From contig CBFDEM010000033.1 of NCBI GenBank assembly GCA_965603825.1, forward strand, positions 496,001 through 560,000: a stretch of 64,000 nt of DNA, in the 5' to 3' direction. This document shows, piece by piece, positions 24,683-37,067 of this stretch; position 1 is the stretch's first letter, and the number at the start of each line of letters is the position of its first letter. The translations under genes and the position numbers were made by a program. The DNA is from Blepharisma stoltei ATCC 30299 (lineage: Eukaryota; Protista; Ciliophora). Under the pieces are notes generated by a model. That model was not told the origin of the DNA, searched no databases, and was given only the letters and a program-made list of their open reading frames with translations.

Positions 24683-27631
24683 ATGTGGAGATTTTTATTA
24701 TTTCTTGGATACTGCTTATGCTATGAAATTTATATAGTCCCACATTCGCATTGTGATCCAGGATGACTCAAGACTGTTCAGGAGTACTATCAAGAGGACG
24801 TTAAGCATATATTAAACAACATTGTGTCCATTTTGCAAAAAGATGCAAAGAGGAAAATAGTTTGGTCTGAGACTGTTTTCTTGAAAATGTGGATGCGAGA
24901 GCAGTCAGAGGAAACTAAGAATACATTCAAAAATCTACTTAATAATGGGCAAATAGAAATCGTGGGTGGCGGATACGTTCAAAATGACGAAGCCAACCCT
25001 GATTTCGAAATGGTCATAAGACAATTAGAAACAGGCCATCAATTTTTAAAAGAAAATTTCAATATAACCCGAGTAAAAGTCGCCTGACAAATTGATCCAT
25101 TTGGCCACTCAGCGTTAACCCCAAGCATTTTAGCAAAATTTGGTTATGAAAATCTAGTGACTAGCAGGATGAATATTAACTTTAGAAACCAACTCATAAG
25201 GGAAGGAAATCTTGAATTTATATGGGAAGGGGTCAACTTTGGAGATCACGAGTCTATTTTTGTGCATAATTTATATGAGCATTATGATTTCCCTGAAATG
25301 TTCAACCAATGAAAAAGTGAGTGTTTCGGGGCATCAAATATCCTTACTGACACTTTAATTAAATGGTAAAAATTATTTAGCGCTGATAGACTTAGATTGA
25401 TGATTGAGGAAAGACAGATTGCTTATAAGCATGATAAAATCATGATTTTGTATGGGGATGATTTTTATTATAGCAGGCAGCCAGAAGCGGAACTGAAATT
25501 TGAGCATATGGAGGCACTTAGAGATTATATAGCTAAATCAAGCAAATACCAAGATTTGACTATTAAAATAGCGACACCTAGTGAATACTTTGAGGCAATT
25601 AAAAATACAGAGTTTTCGGTATACAAAGGAGATTTATTTCAGTATGTAAACTTAAGGCCGAGCTCAGGTGGAGTGAGTTGGACTGGGCATCTGGATCATG
25701 CAATTTGAACAGGCTTTTATACCACGCGGCCATTATTGAAACAAAATATTTATTATGCTCAAAAAATAGTTAGAGCTGCAGAAATAGTCCAGGCTATGAG
25801 TTTGCAGAAACAATTTTCTTCTTCAGATGTAAGCCTTATGCTACATCACGATGCAATAACAGGAACATGTAGGCCACAGGTTTATGAAGATTACAAATTT
25901 CGCCTAGAAGAAGTAGTAAAAACCTCAGTAAAAGCAATAAATGAGGCTATAAAATCAAAGTTTTCTGAGTCAGAAGCCAAATTTTCATTGACGTTGCCAT
26001 ATAAAGTAGTGATAGTGCACAATCCGTTAAATTGGGAAATTTTGAAGCTTTTAAGTTTTACTTTAAAAAGTAGAAATTTTTTAGAGATAAAAAATTGGAA
26101 AGGAGAAAACATCTCTTCACAATCTGTAAAAAATCTGTTAGATAATGAGCAAAAAACCGTTTATATCAAGATAGAGCTGCCTCCTCTTTCCTTTGTCACT
26201 TTATTTATCAATGAGCACACAGAGAAGTGTGAGTATTGTGATAAGGAGTCAGAGATATCAGAAAATGAGAGAAAAATCAGTGACAAAAACTTCAATATTT
26301 TATTCAACGACTTTGGAATGATTGAAAAGGTAGCAAAATCAAGTGCAACATATGATTTAAGACAAACATTTTGGACTTATTCAGGCATAGATGCTGGAGC
26401 TTATCTTTTTAGTCCTAACAGCAAAGGAAATAGCATCGCTGACTTAAAATTAGATAAAATTTATGTATCAAAGGGTCAATTGCTTGAGATGGTTGAAGTA
26501 CTATGGAGAAGGAGCAAAAAATTTTATGACCAAGATTTTTATTATCAAAGAATTATTCTATATGGAGGAAAAAGGTTCACAATGGAGTTTGGTGTATATG
26601 CTTATACAAATGAAGAAATCTTGATGAGATTTTCAAGCAACGATATCACAAGGGAAAAATGATTTCTAACTTCAAACTCAGGCGATCTTAGAGAAAGAAG
26701 GTTCTATCCAACAACTCCTAGAGGAAAAGGGGCAAACATGTATCCAATTCCTGGCGGTTTTGCAGTTGATTTAGGAAGTAGCTTTTTACAAGTTTTCCCC
26801 AAGTTTTCTATAGGAGTTGGGATGGCTGATAAGAACTCTTTTGAGCTTCTTCTTCATAGAAACTTAGAAAGAGATGACAGTTTTGGGCTTTCAATGGGGG
26901 TAAATGATAATACCTTTGTTAATTATCATTTTGAAATTGACATAAGCCAACTAACACATAAAGGCTATTGAAAGAACTATTTGGAAGCCAGAGCAGATGT
27001 ATATCAGTTCCCGCTGATGAACCTCCATGATTTTACCATTTCTGATCAAATTTGGTCTAAAGGAATAGAAATTAGCCAAAACTGGAATAGGGAAACACTT
27101 TATGTACTAGGATTTAACCACTCAAATATTTATCTTTCAAGCGCTGTAATTAAAGAAAACGGTCTTTTTATGAGAGTTCTAAACCTAAAAGATGCCACAC
27201 AAAGGCTTAGTGTTTCAGGCTTTAGATTCCATGATAAAACTCTGTTTAATGGGCTTTCAAAGTATAAAAGTTACCGATATCCTTTGATAGATAAAAACGA
27301 GCTCTTGTTTTATGAAAAATCAGACACAGGAAAGCCAAAATATTTACCACCGTCCGATAGAAATTCTTCTGGGAAAGTGCTTCTTGAGCCTTTTGAGTTG
27401 TCGACTTTCAAGGTCGAGATTGCTCCGAATGAAGTAGCTGAAGAAGAGGATTTAATTTATGATATTGAATTTCCAACGTTTCTGGAAAGCATTAATATAA
27501 CAGAGCAAAATCCAGAGAGCACAGATTGGCTAATTTATATAGTGGTGGTCTTGTCTTCACTCATGTTTGCTGTTGGAATTTGGTTGCATTTCAAGATGAA
27601 TAAATCAAAAAGCATAGTTAATATGAATTAG
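24683..27631 (+). CDS. GH38 alpha-mannosidase, type I membrane, 977 aa (paralog 2)
   Basis: Colinear with paralog 1. TGA at 24764 (DPG-W), 25085 (A-W-QIDPFGH), 25310, 25706, 26660 and 26969; five of these align with TGG in paralog 1. Intron 25366-25380. Confidence 0.92.
25366..25380 (+). other. 15-nt spliceosomal intron
   Basis: GTAAAAATTATTTAG; equivalent position to 21806-21820. Confidence 0.93.
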
Positions 27632-27719
27632 AAAAAATTTATTAATTGATATAGCCAAATTTTTTATATTAAGGACATGAATAATATCCATTGCCAATTG
27701 CCGTCACCATTTTATTTTT

Positions 27720-28270
27720 CTTAGAAAGGCTTAGCTGATAAAAATTTCGTTTGATTTCTGAGAGAAAATACTCGATTTGTTGCAATATCGCTCATAAAGG
27801 CTGCTCTTGCTATAGGATCCGGGTACCTAGGATATTAGAATTTTGCAGCATTATGCTCTGATAGATTGGACACAGTGAAGAGCTACGCAACAAAGAGCCT
27901 TACTGAAATGATGGAGAGGATCTCCCTCTAGCCAAATAGTATGATCATCACTAACGATAAACCAATCCTTTCTTGTGAATTTTGTCTTGCAAGCAGTCTT
28001 TGTCATCAGCCTTTCCATCTAGGGTTCGTGGATGATTTTATTGAACTCTGTCCAGCTTTTGATATGATTGGGGTTAATTCCTCCGAATAGTTTTTTTTAT
28101 ATATACGCTTTCTGCCACTGTATTTTTCTATGTTTTTTTCTTCTTTTGGTAATTCTAAATTTCTTTTAAAAAGATCGGTAAAATTATGGCTGAAAATTCC
28201 AGTGTTTATTACGGTCTGACCCCAATCGCTATTGATTTTTCATAAAATTAATTTTGATAGTCTGATCTAA
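27720..28270 (-). pseudogene. Decayed reading frame of an unidentified, probably membrane, protein
   Basis: One minus frame reads ~180 codons with three internal TAG/TAA. The duplicate at 36428-36633 has sense codons at two of them (TAC, TTA) and synonymous differences (CCG/CCA, GCC/GCA). Confidence 0.45.
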
Positions 28271-28350
28271 ACTAAATCATCAATGTGGTGACAGCCAAAG
28301 TTGAGCCATTACCATGCTCGCAGTATTAATATTCTCAAATAATCAATAAA

Positions 28351-29028
28351 ATGAGCCGAAATGTGTGTATGATTATTTATGTATCATCATTTTATATAGT
28401 TTTATCAGTCGGAATTTTAGCATGAATTGGAATCTCGACAAAATACTTATACACATCCTCAACTCTCTCATTCCAAGGCCTCTGAAATGTCTTTGTCTCA
28501 TGACTTCTCCAAATTGATAACGTTCTCCTTTCCTTATCATTCTTTTTTAAAGGAAACCTGGCTGAGATCTCAGAAAAAATGATCCTGATTATTCTCATCA
28601 TTTCAGGCCCTGTTTTACTTGCTTTATGCCTAGTTGGCTCATATTTTGATTGCATTAACTATGAGGCGTGATTTTGTGAAGAGCCTCCTTGCGTAATCTT
28701 CAAATAGGCCTGAGCAGAAATCCTTAAAAGTGTCCACTTTGCTATTTTGTACTTTATATCAATTTTCTGCTTTGGGACGCTGGTTTCTTATATATATCTT
28801 AATTATATAGCACCAGAACCTTGGAGAGAGTCACTGGTAAGACCATTATTAGAAATAGACACTGAGGCTTTAGATGTCTCAAATGGAGAAATCTGCTCGA
28901 TCTGCTTGGAAAATATGAAAACAAGAGAAATTGTCAGCAAACTTAGCAATTGCCACCATACTTTTCATAAAGCATGTATTGAAAGATGACTTCAAATAAA
29001 GCACATTTGCCCTTTATGTAGAGATTAA
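28351..29028 (+). CDS. Multi-pass membrane RING-H2 E3 ubiquitin ligase, 220 aa, one 15-nt intron
   Basis: ATG 28351; several hydrophobic helices containing TGA=Trp; intron 28693-28707; CSIC..CHHTFHKACIER-W(TGA)-LQIKHICPLC; TAA 29026-29028. Confidence 0.86.
28693..28707 (+). other. 15-nt spliceosomal intron
   Basis: GTAATCTTCAAATAG; ends in an in-frame TAG; A at position 10. Confidence 0.85.
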
Positions 29029-29040
29029 GTAAAAATATTG

Positions 29041-29949
29041 TTATTTATGATATAAATAATGCAGAAAATCTATAGTCAGCAATGTAATAATTACATTTGG
29101 TGCCACTCGCAATGCATAAGCGTCAAGTCCTACATATAAACCTATGAACCCTTCATTCTTTAGACTCTTCATTAAACAGTCATAAAAGCCTTTGTAAGGG
29201 TATTTTCCGTCTGCCCCTTTGATCATTTTTTGGTATTTTGTCTTGATATTATCGAATGGCAATGAAATAAAGCAGGCGAATATTGCAGCAATAACGGACG
29301 CCAAAATCCGATTCATGGTGTCTGATTTTCACCTTGAGTCCAGAAATTCTTTGGTTTGATCATATGGAGCAAGCATGCCAAAATTTAAAGCAGCAGCACG
29401 TAAAATTGTAGGAGTGCAGCCTTTTCAGTAGGCTAAAATTCCTTCTTCTTTTGGGATCCTTAATAAGGCATCTATTGCATTTTTGTAGTTTCTTCGCAGC
29501 TGCGGAGGCAAGGTGTTGTCTGTTTGTAAGCGGATAAGTGATAAATCACAAGGATTTCCTACAAAAGCACCGATTCCACCTGATACAGTAGAATAAATAA
29601 ATTTTTTGAAAAATGGGATGAATTTTGTGCCTGTTTTTTCTTTTTCGCGATCTGCGAGAGTTTTGTATAAGCCAAGCCTGGTTGTAGCATATAAAGCTTG
29701 TCTGAGGATAGCACTATCTAAGCCCTTATAGAAAGCTAAAAGGCCTTTCTCTCTATAAACTGTAGAGGCAAACTGCAATGGACTGATTCGAGGACCTTTG
29801 GATCCTTCAGCTGCGCATTGGAGGTGGACTTTGATAAAATCCATAGGAAGCACTGCAGTCGTGGCTACAATTCCAGCTGTTCCTCCTATGGAAAAATTTT
29901 TGATACTTTCCAGTCATTTGCTTTTATGGAGATCTGAGTGCTCAACCAT
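29041..29949 (-). CDS. Mitochondrial carrier, 2-oxoglutarate/malate or dicarboxylate-tricarboxylate type, 302 aa
   Basis: Three PxD/ExxK/R motifs (PMDFIK, PCDLSLIR, PFDNIK); RQALYATTRLGLY; 'AY-W(TGA)-KGCTPTILRA'. Confidence 0.93.
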
Positions 29950-30069
29950 TTTGGTATATATAATAATTAAATAAAAAATATTCGTTAACGTAATTTGGTG
30001 AATTATTAATTATTTTCATTATATTAGAATTTTACAAAAATGCGAGCTATTCAGAATAATTCACTCTAA

Positions 30070-30510
30070 ATTTTCTCTTTTTGTTATAATTTTTCAAGTT
30101 TTTGATCTCATAGCGAGTTTCTTCTACTCTTTCTTTGATGTCTGCATTGCATTATTTTCTGCCTGAAAACAGAAAATTCATATAATTTGCTATAAGCGTA
30201 TCTCTGTCATCTAAAATAAATACTTGTTATCTCTTTCTTGGAGAAGTAGATTCCTGAGAAATTCAGCCTAATCCAATTTGGCTGATTGAGGAAAAGTGCC
30301 ATTTTTACTTTTTCTTGTTTAGACAAGCTGACCCATAATAACATTCTTTTATCCTCAGAAAGCCATTATTTCTTCAGCAAATATCCTTATATGCTCTTGC
30401 CACAAGCTTAGTTTCATTGATTCGCTTTTTCACTAATTTTTTTTCTTCATACCAAAACGTGCTCTTCATTCTGAAAAGATTATTCTCCCTTTCTCACGCT
30501 TAATTTATCT
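30070..30510 (-). pseudogene. Heavily decayed third copy of the 3' end of the polycystin-like gene
   Basis: Colinear similarity to ~30830-31405 (e.g. TTTTTGATCTCATA..GAGTTTCTTC, TTAGACAAGCTGACCCA, CATACCAAAACG..CTTCATTCTGAAAAGA) with many indels. Confidence 0.8.
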
Positions 30511-30718
30511 TTAATTTCCTTATTGAATTTCCAGTTATTTACCTTTAAGAAAATCCCAATAAAAAACCAATTAAAAAATAATTATAGAGCAATTTGGCGA
30601 ATAGTATTTTTAGAAATAATTTCCATTAAAATGCATAAATCCTCAATTAACTCTTTTAATTTTCAACTTTAGTTAATTTATATCTATGTTTGACCTCAAT
30701 AATGAATTAAATAATACC

Positions 30719-33700
30719 TTATTCTTGGCCTCTCAGCAAGCTCTCACACCTAGCCTTCAATTTTTTTGCTTTTTCTTTTAAGGTCTTATTTTGCCTCTTA
30801 AATTGTTTTAGGTCTTCTTCCAAATGGACCTGGAAATTTTTTAAATTTTTGATCTCATAACGAGTTTCTTCAACTCTTTCTTTTGATGTTTGCATTGCGT
30901 TATTTTCTGCTTGGAAAACAGCAGATTCATATAATTTGTCATAAAGCTTCGAATCTAGCATACTTGTTATAAGTGCATCACTATCATCTAAAATGAAAAC
31001 GTTATTATCTCTTTCTTGAAGAAGGAGATAGCTGAGGATTTCAGCTTCAACCCTGTTGTGCTGATTAAGATAAAGAGTCATTTTTACTTTTTCGTGTTTA
31101 GACAAGCTGACCCACAATAGCATTCTTTTATCTTCAGAAAGCCATTCTTGCTTCAGCAAATATCCAATCGGATTAGTTGCTGCCTTATAAGCTCTTGTAA
31201 CAGGTTTAATATCATCAATTCACTTTTTCACAAAATCTTTTTTCTTTTTATCATCAAAATCCAGTCAACACTCTCTTTGCATATCTATGTTCCATTCATC
31301 AATGTCATCTCCAAACCTCTTTTTGTCAAAAAGTGCAGCATTTCATACCAAAACGCGTTCTTCATTCTGAAAAGACTCTTCTCCCATCCACATGCTTAAT
31401 TTATCCTGAGGTGGTGTAATTTCCCAAAGTTGTATTTGTCGTTCTGATAACTCTGAAAGCTCTGGAGGTTCGAGGCCTTGCTGTATAGCCTTTTCAATTT
31501 TTCTTCTGAGATAGTCATTATGCAATATAGAAAGTTGCCTCCATATTCTCAGCTTGCCTAGCGGGTCTTCTTGCAGCCATTGTGACTCTTCTACAAAAAC
31601 AACTTCTTGGAGTGGGGCTGGTGGGATAATTTTTTCCTCAATATTGTTCTCGTCTTTTAGATTTGGTAAGTTTATTTTTTGATTGCTTTTAACGAGCAGC
31701 ATTTCTTCTAGCATTTTAAGTCATGCATTTACTGTATAATTGATAGGCTTAGCTTCTTCTACTTCAAATTCTTGTTTCACAGAGTTGTTTGGGATTTCAT
31801 CTTCAGAATCTGTGATTTGATTGGCTTTAGTACTTGATTTTTCATCGCCAGAGTTTTCCCAGTCCATATATTTCTTCCTCTTTATCCTTGCCTTTATTAC
31901 CAAAATAATTTTTTTCAAAAATCCAATAGTGTTAGCATTTCTATCAGCTTTATTGGTATTATAATGAGCGTAAACGATTGCTATAAAAATATTGATCAAT
32001 AGCAAGTTGAATACAAGACTTAAGGTGATAAACCATAGCATGCCAATCTTACCGTCTGCACCTAAAAACCGGCCAACGCTGAATTTTCCTATCAGTACAT
32101 CGAAGGTTGAAAGGAGAGAATAATTAAAATGTTGGAATTCATCTAAAGCTTGGCCAAAAATTAAATATCCCATAATTGTATAGCCTATGATCACAAGAAA
32201 GAACATTATGATATAGAACAGCAAATCAAGCTTCGCAGAATCAAAAATATCAGTAAGGAGTGATGTCTGCTTACTGAACTCAAAGTATTTAAGAACCCTT
32301 AAAAATATGAGCAAAGCATTGAAGCAGGATACAACGCCGTAATGCTGGTAAAGCTTGGCAATATATCCAAATTCTCCAATATTATTTTCCCAAGTCTCAT
32401 TAATTTCGTAGTTTTTTATGAAGTCACTAGATATCAGTCTCACAAGATACGAGAACTGGATAATTGATAAAATGACTGATAACAATTGTAGTAGCTGCCA
32501 TCCATCCATTTTTAAAAAGATTCACAAAGACTGTATAAGCTGTTTGATAGTAAAAATTATGCCTACAACAAATTTCTGTATCTTCCTCCATACTATCTGT
32601 GCTATGAACCCTATGCCTTGATTTTCATTGTCCTGGTTATTTCCTAGAAGCTTATCAAGGACATCTCTAACTGCTCTTTTTCCTCTCTGAATTTTTTGCC
32701 TTTGTCCTATCAAGCCTCTCATTATTATCCATCACTCATAAATGAACTGTGATATAAAATAAACAATAAATAAAATAAAAATTATGTCAAGAGCTGCCCT
32801 TCCTTTATTTTCTGTACTGTAAGCATCAAGTTCAGCACTTTGAGAGGAAAGCCTGGTTGTAATTTTCCCTGATATATCTAAATTGAAATAAATGTAGGCA
32901 TAGCTGAACATGTTCATGTTCGTGTTATAAACGACTCACTCAAATACAAGAGAGCTTGTCTGGTTGCCAATGATGTCGTCAGCTTGGAAATTGATAAAAG
33001 CGTTTTTAAAATTCAAATAGGGGTACAGCTCATAAGTGCAGCCACCTTCTTCGTTAAACGTGGCCTTTGTGCCAGGCTCTATGTACTTGAATTTAGTCAA
33101 GGAAGACTTGCCTTGAAACCCACTTTCTTCTCATTCCCCTGGATCGTCGGAGACATAAGCTATAACAGAGCTAGAAAATGTGTTTTTATTTTCGTGGATT
33201 TTGTAGCGGTTCATATTGAAACGGATCTTTGGGGAAGTTAAAAAGTAGTTTTGAGTTCCCACAGTCGTGGATTCTACATAAGGGACCATAATAGCTGTCA
33301 GGAACTCATAAGCAGAGCCAGCGTCATATATTTCAAGAAATGTCGTGTTTGATCCTTTGTAAACAAATTGAGGAACTGCTATTGAGTCATATATTAGCGT
33401 ATTCATAGCATAAGAGTCTTCAATTCTCATTCGATACTTAACAGACATGACATAAATTACAATGAAAATTATGTACAAAACCATTTCAACAAAGAGCTTA
33501 AAATTGTAATTCACTTCGTTTTCCTTCATTTTTTTGAGGATTTCATTCTTTTTCTTTTCTTGTTCCATTGTCATGATAGTGTTTTTGTACTTAAGCATCA
33601 TCTGTTCTCTTGTCAGCAGTGTCGAGCCTGCTCCCCTCAAGGCAAGCTGAACTTGGCCAAAATTATATTTAACGATGCTAAAGATATTTTGCCTACTTTG

Positions 33701-35551
33701 ATGTAAAATTGCATTTTCCAGCTTCTTCAATCTTTCATTGATTTCTTCTTGCTCCTGAGCATTTGCAGTCGTTTTTACTGATAATGCTTGATACTCAATC
33801 GCATCTTCTTCTAATGTATTTTTGATCCTAAATAATAATAAGTTTATCAAAATCTCAATGAGTCTGTGACTGTCTTCTGCCAGCATACGTGCTTTAGCTT
33901 CTAGAAGCAGTTGTGATCTTTTTCTTAGCTCAGTATACACACTTAGAACGATTGCTAGAAAAGTATTCAAAATTATAAAATAAAACAAAGACATATATGC
34001 TACATAAAAGACCCCAGAAATACTTATGTTTCCTCTGCGTATTTCTGAAATTATGTCTCGTCCAAATAGAGATGACCATAAAGATGCAATAGTAGCGCCA
34101 AACGTGGAAAAGCCTTCTGCCTCTATCCCAAACCCTAGGTATGCGGAAAGAGAAAACGCTACTATCATGAGCAAAGTGATTAGCCCAAAATTGATAATGT
34201 CTTTCTTAGCCATATTTATGGTATCAAACAGCACTCCGAATGAAGGAAACTTAGATTTTAAGATGACAAGGATTCGGAATATAATCAAGAGAGCTGCAAC
34301 TGCGGTTACTCGGATAAAAATTTTGAAATTTCGACAGTACGTTATAAAATCTGTAAACTCGCTTTCAGAGTGAATAGGAATTTGAAGTTTTCCAATATTT
34401 CCAATCACATTTTGCACAAAAAGCGAAATTGATGTAATAACTAAAGCTAAAGTCATAAATTCTAAATACTCGTGCCATGCTACGTCTAGCTTTAATTTTG
34501 TTCAGAGGGTTGTGCATACTCTTAATAAAATTTGAACCATCTTGAATATCTGGATAAGAAAACCAACAATATAGATGGTTCCCAAAATGACCACGATTTT
34601 CGACTCTAGAGTCCAGGTTTCATAAGCTTCAGGAAAAATTCCAACGCTATCGCTTTCAAGGTTAAATCTCCCAGTACTTGTTCGTTCGACCGTTTGATAA
34701 TAATATAATGTTGTCATTAAATTTCCATTATGAACTAGAAGTTCTGCAGTAATGCTGACAAAATTATTAGGTATTAGCCAAATAGGTTTCATTATTCTTC
34801 ATTTAGCAAGTGCATCTTCTAGAGTTAAATTGCAAAAAAATTCTACATAGCCACCTGCTTTATCAAATCCTCCACCACTCGTATAATTAAAAATCCCTAG
34901 GTCATTGATCTCTTCTCCATCAGTGCGCTCTATCCCAGCGCCTAAGTTTGGGTCTTTTCTTACCTTTCAAACGGCTTCTTCATATTCAGAAAAAGGATTG
35001 CTAACGAGCCTGGCCTTTTTCAGTGTAAGCCTTAACCCAACAACATAGTTGTATTTATTTATAAATGTATTTGTAAAGATGCCTGGGAAAAAAATCGTTC
35101 TGTAGTAGGCGTCTAAGTCAGTGAGGGACTGGATGTCTTTAAAATATCTGTTTGGATCTCCAGCCCAAATAGTATTTTCAAAAATGTCGATTATATTAAG
35201 GCTAAGAGGTGATGATTTATCAACCCTGTTTATGAATATGCTCAAAACAATGAAAATTAAGGAGACTATGACTGACAAATACACCCCTTTCACATTTACT
35301 GGGGTTTCTTCAATGGATTTTTCTAGATCTTTTTCAACTTCAAGCAATTTTTTTTCGATGACTTTAAGTTCTTGGTCGGAAAGCTCAACATCGTCAATTG
35401 TAAGCTTTCCGTTTCTCATCTCAATTTCTTCAAGGATTTTTTGTCTATTTTTTGCTGAAGACTGCGCATTTTCTTTATCAACTTTATCAGTCCCCATTTC
35501 TTCAGCGCTTCTTTCGGTAAAGGGAGAGTCTTCGTCTTTTTTCTCTTCCAT
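30719..35551 (-). CDS. Two-repeat polycystin (PKD2/TRPP-like) channel, copy A, 1610 aa
   Basis: Eight track ORFs in one frame joined by TGA. Two TM1-TOP-loop-5TM units: GGYVEFF / LLVHNGN / IILNTFLAIVLSVY and FE-W-VVYNTNMNMF / LLINIFIAIVYAHY. C-terminal coiled coil. Confidence 0.85.
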
Positions 35552-35625
35552 TTTATTAACTGAAGCAATTAATTTATTTATTCTTATGGGCTATCGCAAT
35601 TTAATTATAGAATTAGATCAATAAA

Positions 35626-36427
35626 ATTAAATTTCTCTTGCAAATGTCATATTTCGGGCTATTTTCCTTTCAGCCTTATAGTTTTTATTGTTCTTTTTTA
35701 AGCTCTGGACTCTTTCCTTTTTTTACAAACTTTGGCTTGTAGCCTTGAGTGTAGATTTCTTTAAGCAGTTGCTGTGTATTTTTCTTTTGACTTGATGCCA
35801 AGATATCTCATGAATTCTTCCTTTGTTTGAACCACAGGCTCGATAATAACTTTTAATTGCTCTTGAATTTTAGCAAAAATTTCTGGAAGCTTAATCCTTG
35901 AAATTTCTCCCTTATAATTCAGCTTATTTAAGATTTTCCCTCCCAAGTTAACAAGTTTTGGTAATAAACTTGTGCCTTATCTTTTTGATCTTTTATGCTA
36001 TTAAGCTCTTTGTCTTCTGCTTCAATTGGCCTTCAATCGCTCTTAGCTCGCTATTATGAGGCCTATCATTATTTTCTCCTTTAACAAGCAAAAGTTCTTG
36101 TAACTGCTTTCTGGTGTTTTCGTTTTCAGTCTTTAAATCGCCGAGGTTTTTTTCTGGTTTTGCAATTTTTTGAATTAAAATATTATGGTTTTCGTTCTTA
36201 GAAGCAAACTTTTGCACAATGTCTTCGATTGAGTTTAAACCAGTCATTGCCCTGATGTTTTGGAATTCTGATTCTATTTCAGTGGAATTCTGCCAGTCTT
36301 TTTCCATTTTCCACTGTATGAATCCGTACCAAAACCGGTTTATTATCAGCTTTTCTTTCATTTGGACTTCATGGACGAACTGGTCTTTATTTGCAGCTGC
36401 TTCTGTTACCTCTGCTTGTTTTCTTAG
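35626..36427 (-). pseudogene. 5'-truncated, frameshifted copy of the coiled-coil gene at 41990-43429
   Basis: Closely matches 41990-42793 but has 1-nt deletions near 36026 and 35942, a 1-nt insertion near 35786 and a 2-nt deletion near 35678; it stops at the duplication junction. Confidence 0.9.
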
Positions 36428-36942
36428 TTAAAGGCTTAGCCGATAAACATTTCTTTTAATTTCTGGGAGTTAATACTCAATTTGTTGCAATATCGCTCAT
36501 AAATGCTGCTCTTGCTATAGGATCTGGGTACCTAGGATATAAGAATGTTGCAGCATTATGTTCTGATAGATTGGGCGCATTGAAGAGGTACGCAACAAAG
36601 AGCCTTACTAAAATGATGGAAACGCTCTCCCTCGAATTTTTTTTTCTTGCAAAAATTATTACTGAAAATTCCAGTGTTTATTACGGTCTGACCCCAATCG
36701 CTATTGATTTGTCATAAAATTAATTTTTATAGTTTGGTTTAAACGGAATCATCAATGGTGTGACAGCTAAGTTTAGCCATTACCATGCTCGCAGTATTAA
36801 TATTTCTCAAATAATCAATAAAATGCGCCGAAATGTCTGCATGATTATTTATGTATCATCATTTTATATAGTTTTATCAGTCAGAATTTTAGCATGAATT
36901 GGAATCTCGACAAAATACTTATACACATCCTCAACTCTCTCA
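36428..36942 (+). repeat. Deleted duplicate of 27725-28470, including the first 40 codons of the RING gene (36823-36942)
   Basis: 36428-36633 matches 27725-27928; ~36650-36942 matches ~28180-28470; from 36943 the match jumps to 30597. Confidence 0.88.
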
Positions 36943-37067
36943 GCGAATAATTGATGTTTAGAAATAATTGATATTAAAATGTATAAATCCTCAATTAACT
37001 CTTTTAATTTTCAACTTTAGTTAATTTATATACTATCTTTAATCCTCAATAATGAATTAATAATACC

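Noticed and set aside
24683-27631. Mannosidase 2, the channels, DHX16 and others as stop-riddled pseudogenes
   Set aside because: All interruptions are in-frame TGA at Trp positions or lie within 15-nt introns; there are no frameshifts.
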